From Pseudomonadota bacterium (lineage in GTDB: Bacteria; Pseudomonadota; Gammaproteobacteria; QQUJ01): DNA of 64,000 bases. Location: NCBI GenBank assembly GCA_008501635.1, contig QQUJ01000004.1:3085-67084 (forward strand). The letters are read 5' to 3'. This document shows positions 60,025 to 64,000 of the stretch, one piece after another. Made by a program: the position numbers and the translations under genes. Under the pieces are notes generated by a model. The model ran no database searches, was not told where the DNA came from, and saw only the letters and a program-made list of their open reading frames with translations. Position 1 is the first letter of the stretch. Each line of letters opens with the position of its first letter.

Positions 60025-61377
60025 TCAGCGTGCCATGCTCGCTGCTTGTTTGGCCAGCTGCTCCGCCTTGGTATAGTTCTCACGCGCAAACGCGTCCCAA
60101 CGCTGCTCGACTTCCGCTTGACGCTCGGGAACCGTGTCGGTTGATTTCTTGCGTTTCTTTTGGAAAATCGCGACGAAATTCGGATTGCTGGCTTCGCTTT
60201 CGCTGACCGGAATCGCGCCTAGATGTTGCCGCGCCTGATCAAGCAGCTTCTGCCCCTCTTTGTTGGGCTTCTTCGCCAGCGCTGCAGTCGCTTCGTGAAT
60301 CGCCCCGGTCGCCGCGCGTAATTCGTCCATACGGAAGGTGATAAGCTGATCGAACAGCGAGTTGACCAGATTGTAGCGGCCCTCCGAAAGGTCGGAATCG
60401 AACTTGACCGCGGCCCCGATCGATTTGTCCTTGAAAGGATTCGGCAGACCCTCCGGTGCCTTGGCATAAATCGCCGGCTTGACCGGCAGACGCTGGATCT
60501 TCTTGTCGAACAAAATCTCCTGGCCCTCGTCGGAGAGCAGATAGTCGATAAACGCCGCTGCGGCATTGGGATGGGGTGCGTTCTTGATGATTCCGACGTT
60601 GGCCGGGACCAGTGCGGTTATCGTCGGATAGACAAAATCGACCGGGAATCCCGAGGCCCTGGATGAGAAACCGAAGAAGTCGATCACGATACCGATGCCG
60701 AACTCACCGCTGTTGACACCGTCCGGCACGCCGAAGCTGCGCTCGGTAACCGTACTGAAGTTTCCGCCCATCTCCTTCATCGAGGCCCAACCCTTATCCC
60801 AGCCTTCACCCTGCAGCAGGGCCTCGACAGTAAGATGGGTGGTGCCGGAACGTGAAGGCGCCGACATGCCCACGTGACCGAAGTAGATGGGCTTCTTGAG
60901 ATCATCCCACTCTTTGGGGACAGGTAACTTTTTGGCCTTCAGATAACGCGTGTTGTACATGATCCCGTAACCGGATGCCGCAAAGCCGAAGAAATGGCCA
61001 TCGGGATCGTTGATGGGAAAAGAGCCGATCATATCCGGAATGCCTTCGGACTTCGGCTGATACTTCTGCAGCAGACCTCTACCCTTGAGCACGCCAAAGG
61101 CATCGGGGGCGGATACCCAGAACAGATCCGAGGTATTGTTTGCCGCCGTCTCCTGGATGTACTTGACGCCGGCGGAGGTCTTTTTGTTCAGCACTTCCAC
61201 CTTGACCTGCGGGTATTTGCTTTCGAATGCCGCCTGGAAGGGGCCGGTCAGATCCTCCGGAAACGAGGTGACGATAACCAGTTTGTCTTCCAATGCAGCC
61301 GTCCCGGAGAGCGGAACGAGCAGCAGGCAGGCCAGCAGGGTACGTAGTGTTCGATGCGCGAATCGGTGGGGGTGCAT
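60025..61377 (-). CDS. Extracellular solute-binding protein, PgtC/AfuA-like
   Basis: Signal peptide, VIVTSFP, PSRSGTTH, SFGVPDGV, IVIDFF. Confidence 0.8.
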   Translation of the reverse strand: MHPHRFAHRTLRTLLACLLLVPLSGTAALEDKLVIVTSFPEDLTGPFQAAFESKYPQVKVEVLNKKTSAGVKYIQETAANNTSDLFWVSAPDAFGVLKGRGLLQKYQPKSEGIPDMIGSFPINDPDGHFFGFAASGYGIMYNTRYLKAKKLPVPKEWDDLKKPIYFGHVGMSAPSRSGTTHLTVEALLQGEGWDKGWASMKEMGGNFSTVTERSFGVPDGVNSGEFGIGIVIDFFGFSSRASGFPVDFVYPTITALVPANVGIIKNAPHPNAAAAFIDYLLSDEGQEILFDKKIQRLPVKPAIYAKAPEGLPNPFKDKSIGAAVKFDSDLSEGRYNLVNSLFDQLITFRMDELRAATGAIHEATAALAKKPNKEGQKLLDQARQHLGAIPVSESEASNPNFVAIFQKKRKKSTDTVPERQAEVEQRWDAFARENYTKAEQLAKQAASMAR

Positions 61378-62050
61378 ATTATTGACTCCTCGTTCGGGTC
61401 GTAATGCGGTTAGGGAGATAGCGAATTGTTATGGGGAATGCCTTGATAAAGTATGCAGCCAATCCCCATTAATGCAATATTGAAATTATTCCCGATAGAC
61501 TGGATACGGATGAGATCCGACCCTCAGACGCCCCGCTGCACTTTTTCAGATATCGAATCCAATCCACTCCTCCTCACCCGTGTCACACGGGACGCTTCGA
61601 TCACCATGCGCACGGCGTTGGCGAAGAGTATCGGGGGCAGATCACGGTTTTCTCACCGTGAAATCCACTTCTGACCTAGCCCTATCATTCGGGATTTGAA
61701 TTCATCTGACACTGGCGGTCGGATGCAATATTAGAACCTATCCAAAGCCAAACAGATCCCGGTTGCTTCTTCAAATTGTAAAAACATTCGCCCCTGGCGA
61801 TTCTCGTGTTCTTCGCGGCGTTGCGCGAAACCGCATCACCCGACCAACCACGGTTAAAGCGACCCGCCTCGATTTCACCCTCACCGCTCATCGTAAAAGG
61901 AAGACTTACCTGGAGTGACTCTCGCCGGGTTCCCGATTATTGAGTTCATAGGGGGATTTCTGACCGTTGAGGGACGGGCCAGGGGGCGATGGACAACAAT
62001 CGTAGCATTCTGCTACATTTGCTCGTGTTAGAGTTGAAAGGAGAATTGCC

Positions 62051-62467
62051 ATGGCTAAAGCTGCCTCCCCTGTGCGCCTGCAGGAGGAACTGATGCAGGC
62101 CGCCACCATTGCCGGATCTCGACTGCACCGCAGCGCCGCCGAGCAGGTGGAATACTGGGCGGATCTGGGCCGTCAGATCTCACGATTTGTTGATCCCGAT
62201 GCCTTGCTTGGGGTCGCGGCGGGCCTGGCCCGGTTGAAAGTGGAACCTGCGGTTGGCCAGCCTGTCGATCCCGACGCGGTCTTTGCCGCCGTTGAAGCGG
62301 ATCGTCACTCAGGCGCGTTGGCCGAACGGTTTACGAGCGGCAAGACACGCTACGTCATGTCCAATGCGCAACCCGGCTATCTGGAGCGGATTGACGAGCA
62401 GGGCGTGCGTACGATCGGGCAATTCAAGAACGGCGAGTTTATTCCTTTTGACGGAGAGGCCGCTTGA
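62051..62467 (+). CDS. ParD-like (RHH) antitoxin
   Basis: SPVRL, HRSAAEQVEYWADLGR; TTGA overlap with the next gene. Confidence 0.75.
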   Translation: MAKAASPVRLQEELMQAATIAGSRLHRSAAEQVEYWADLGRQISRFVDPDALLGVAAGLARLKVEPAVGQPVDPDAVFAAVEADRHSGALAERFTSGKTRYVMSNAQPGYLERIDEQGVRTIGQFKNGEFIPFDGEAA

Positions 62468-63039
62468 GTGACAAGAAGCAGCTCTGGATCCTGGTCGGTG
62501 GTAATGGCGCGGGGAAGAGCACCTTCTACGAGCACTACCTCAAGCCGCTGGGGCTCCCGTTTGTCAACGCCGATGTCATCGCCAGGAATGCCTATCCCGA
62601 CGCCCCTGAAGCGCATAGTTATGAAGCGGCCAGGCTTGCGGAGGGGTTTCGGCATGAGCTTTTGCTGAACGGTTCAAGTTTCTGCTTCGAAACCGTCTAC
62701 TCGCATCCTTCAAAAGTGGACTTCATCGCACAAGCCAAGGCGCTGGGCTATGAGGTGATCATGGTGATGATCCACGTCCAGAGCGCACTCGTGAATCAGG
62801 CGCGTATCGCGATTCGGGTTTCCGAGGGTGGCCACGCCGTACCCGATAAGAAGGTGAAAGAACGCATCCCCCGGATGCTCAAACTTGTTAAAGCCTCAAT
62901 CCCCCTCTGCGACCAAGTGCGGGTCTACGACAACACTTCAGATGAAGAACCTTTTGTGCCAGTGATGTACGTCAAAGAGGGCATTGTTGAGCGACACCAG
63001 AATCCATTGCCCGACTGGGCTTTATCGTTGGTTTCCTGA
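62464..63039 (+). CDS. Zeta-toxin-like P-loop kinase
   Basis: GGNGAGKST, FVNADVIA, FETVYS, RVSEGGHAVP, YDN. Confidence 0.85.
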   Translation: MSDKKQLWILVGGNGAGKSTFYEHYLKPLGLPFVNADVIARNAYPDAPEAHSYEAARLAEGFRHELLLNGSSFCFETVYSHPSKVDFIAQAKALGYEVIMVMIHVQSALVNQARIAIRVSEGGHAVPDKKVKERIPRMLKLVKASIPLCDQVRVYDNTSDEEPFVPVMYVKEGIVERHQNPLPDWALSLVS

Positions 63040-63401
63040 CACAAACCTAGAGGATCCCATCTCTATCCATAGATTGAATGGCAACAATTTTGGGCGGCAC
63101 TGGGCGGAAGCGGGTCCGTTTAAACGGTTCACTGTAAATCGCGCACGAGACGGAAGAATGTGCGTTATCGCGACACTGCCGTATTCCGCACGAGCTATCG
63201 CGGACTCTCCATCAATACTGTGTGCAGACCTCCTGGAAGAATTCCGCGAAGACTCTTTACGACCCAAAGCGGTGTTTGGTACCGACAGAATGAGCCCTTC
63301 CCATTTCTCGAAACTCGCGAATACGGTGCTCGACTTGGGGTGTTCGACTCCAAAATATGAATCTGTCGCCTTTTTCGATCCTTATCGGGATGTCCGAAAT
63401 A

Positions 63402-64000
63402 TCAGGGGTGCCTCACACTGCCCCCAATGATCGCGAATGACAATAGCGGCCGCAAGCGCCGACGAAAAACAAGCAGTGCGATCAACAGCAACAGCATAAC
63501 GCCAGCCGCAACCGGATACGCGATCGCGAGCACTACCGGAGCGAGTACGCCGCGAACCAGCGCGCGCGCCCAGTCACGCGCCGCGATCCAGTCGGCGAGC
63601 GGCGGCGAGACGCGGTAGTACCAGTCCACGAAGGATTGACCCGGTGCATTCGTGAGCAGCCAGCGGTCGCGGAACTGGCGCAGCGTGGCGACATGAGGGT
63701 CGAGCCAGGAGCCATAAGCTGCCGTGGCGATAAAACACAGGCCATCAGTCCCGAAGACGACATCACCCGTGCCGTCACCACCACCAGGAAACGGAATGAC
63801 AACCTGAATCGCGGGCGAGAAAGCCACGTTGTTGCCTTCCTCGGGGTCGAACGTAGCGTGAACGATCTCGACTCGCATTGTCTCGAGACCAACCGGGCCA
63901 GACAGGGCTCGAAACACACGGCTCTCGGTCAGCTGCCCCCCCGGCGGTACGGGCGAATCGAGAGGTACGTCGTACACTGTTCCATGTTCGCACACTGGAC
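63402..64000 (-). CDS. CFI-box-CTERM domain protein, C-terminal part
   Basis: GLCFIATAAYGS...LRQFRDRWL...FVDWYYRVSPPLA, then TM and RRR; the N-terminus is outside the window. Confidence 0.88.
   Translation of the reverse strand, partial: PVCEHGTVYDVPLDSPVPPGGQLTESRVFRALSGPVGLETMRVEIVHATFDPEEGNNVAFSPAIQVVIPFPGGGDGTGDVVFGTDGLCFIATAAYGSWLDPHVATLRQFRDRWLLTNAPGQSFVDWYYRVSPPLADWIAARDWARALVRGVLAPVVLAIAYPVAAGVMLLLLIALLVFRRRLRPLLSFAIIGGSVRHP

Noticed and set aside
61400-62050. Small ORFs or pseudogene remnants upstream of the toxin-antitoxin pair
   Set aside because: No recognisable protein motifs or ribosome-binding sites; cannot be supported without a search
62984-63430. 148-aa ORF after the zeta-like toxin
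   Set aside because: Overlaps both neighbours, lacks an SD and has no recognisable domain

Overview
High-GC bacterial chromosomal window. Core synteny (pcnB-folK-dNK-panBCD, lptG-lptF/pepA-holC-valS, pgi, glgA, fbaB) points to a gammaproteobacterium, plausibly a Chromatiales-like environmental lineage (inference). Accessory content from left to right: partial SulP transporter; rbbA/yhhJ/yhiI-like ABC export operon; Zn alcohol dehydrogenase; TolB-like lipoprotein; MarR with two DUF2269-like genes; a low-GC integron relic with three gene cassettes, two attC sites, an attI-like site and no integrase; an Rnf operon in rnfCDGEAB order with an extended RnfA, an enlarged RnfG and a MITE in the rnfG/rnfE overlap; tRNA-Glu(CTC); a TAXI-TRAP/aminotransferase/USP cluster; a sigma54-controlled diheme cytochrome + NapC/NirT module bracketed by two inverted 160-bp MITEs; an atypical FeoB; a hisI-hisG pair; a PgtC-like/Fe3+-family ABC importer; a zeta-like toxin-antitoxin pair; and a partial CFI-box-CTERM gene. 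Several families of small non-coding repeats are present, one apparently inserted in frame in valS. pcnB appears to start at a non-canonical ATT codon. All calls come from reading motifs by eye; no database searches were run.
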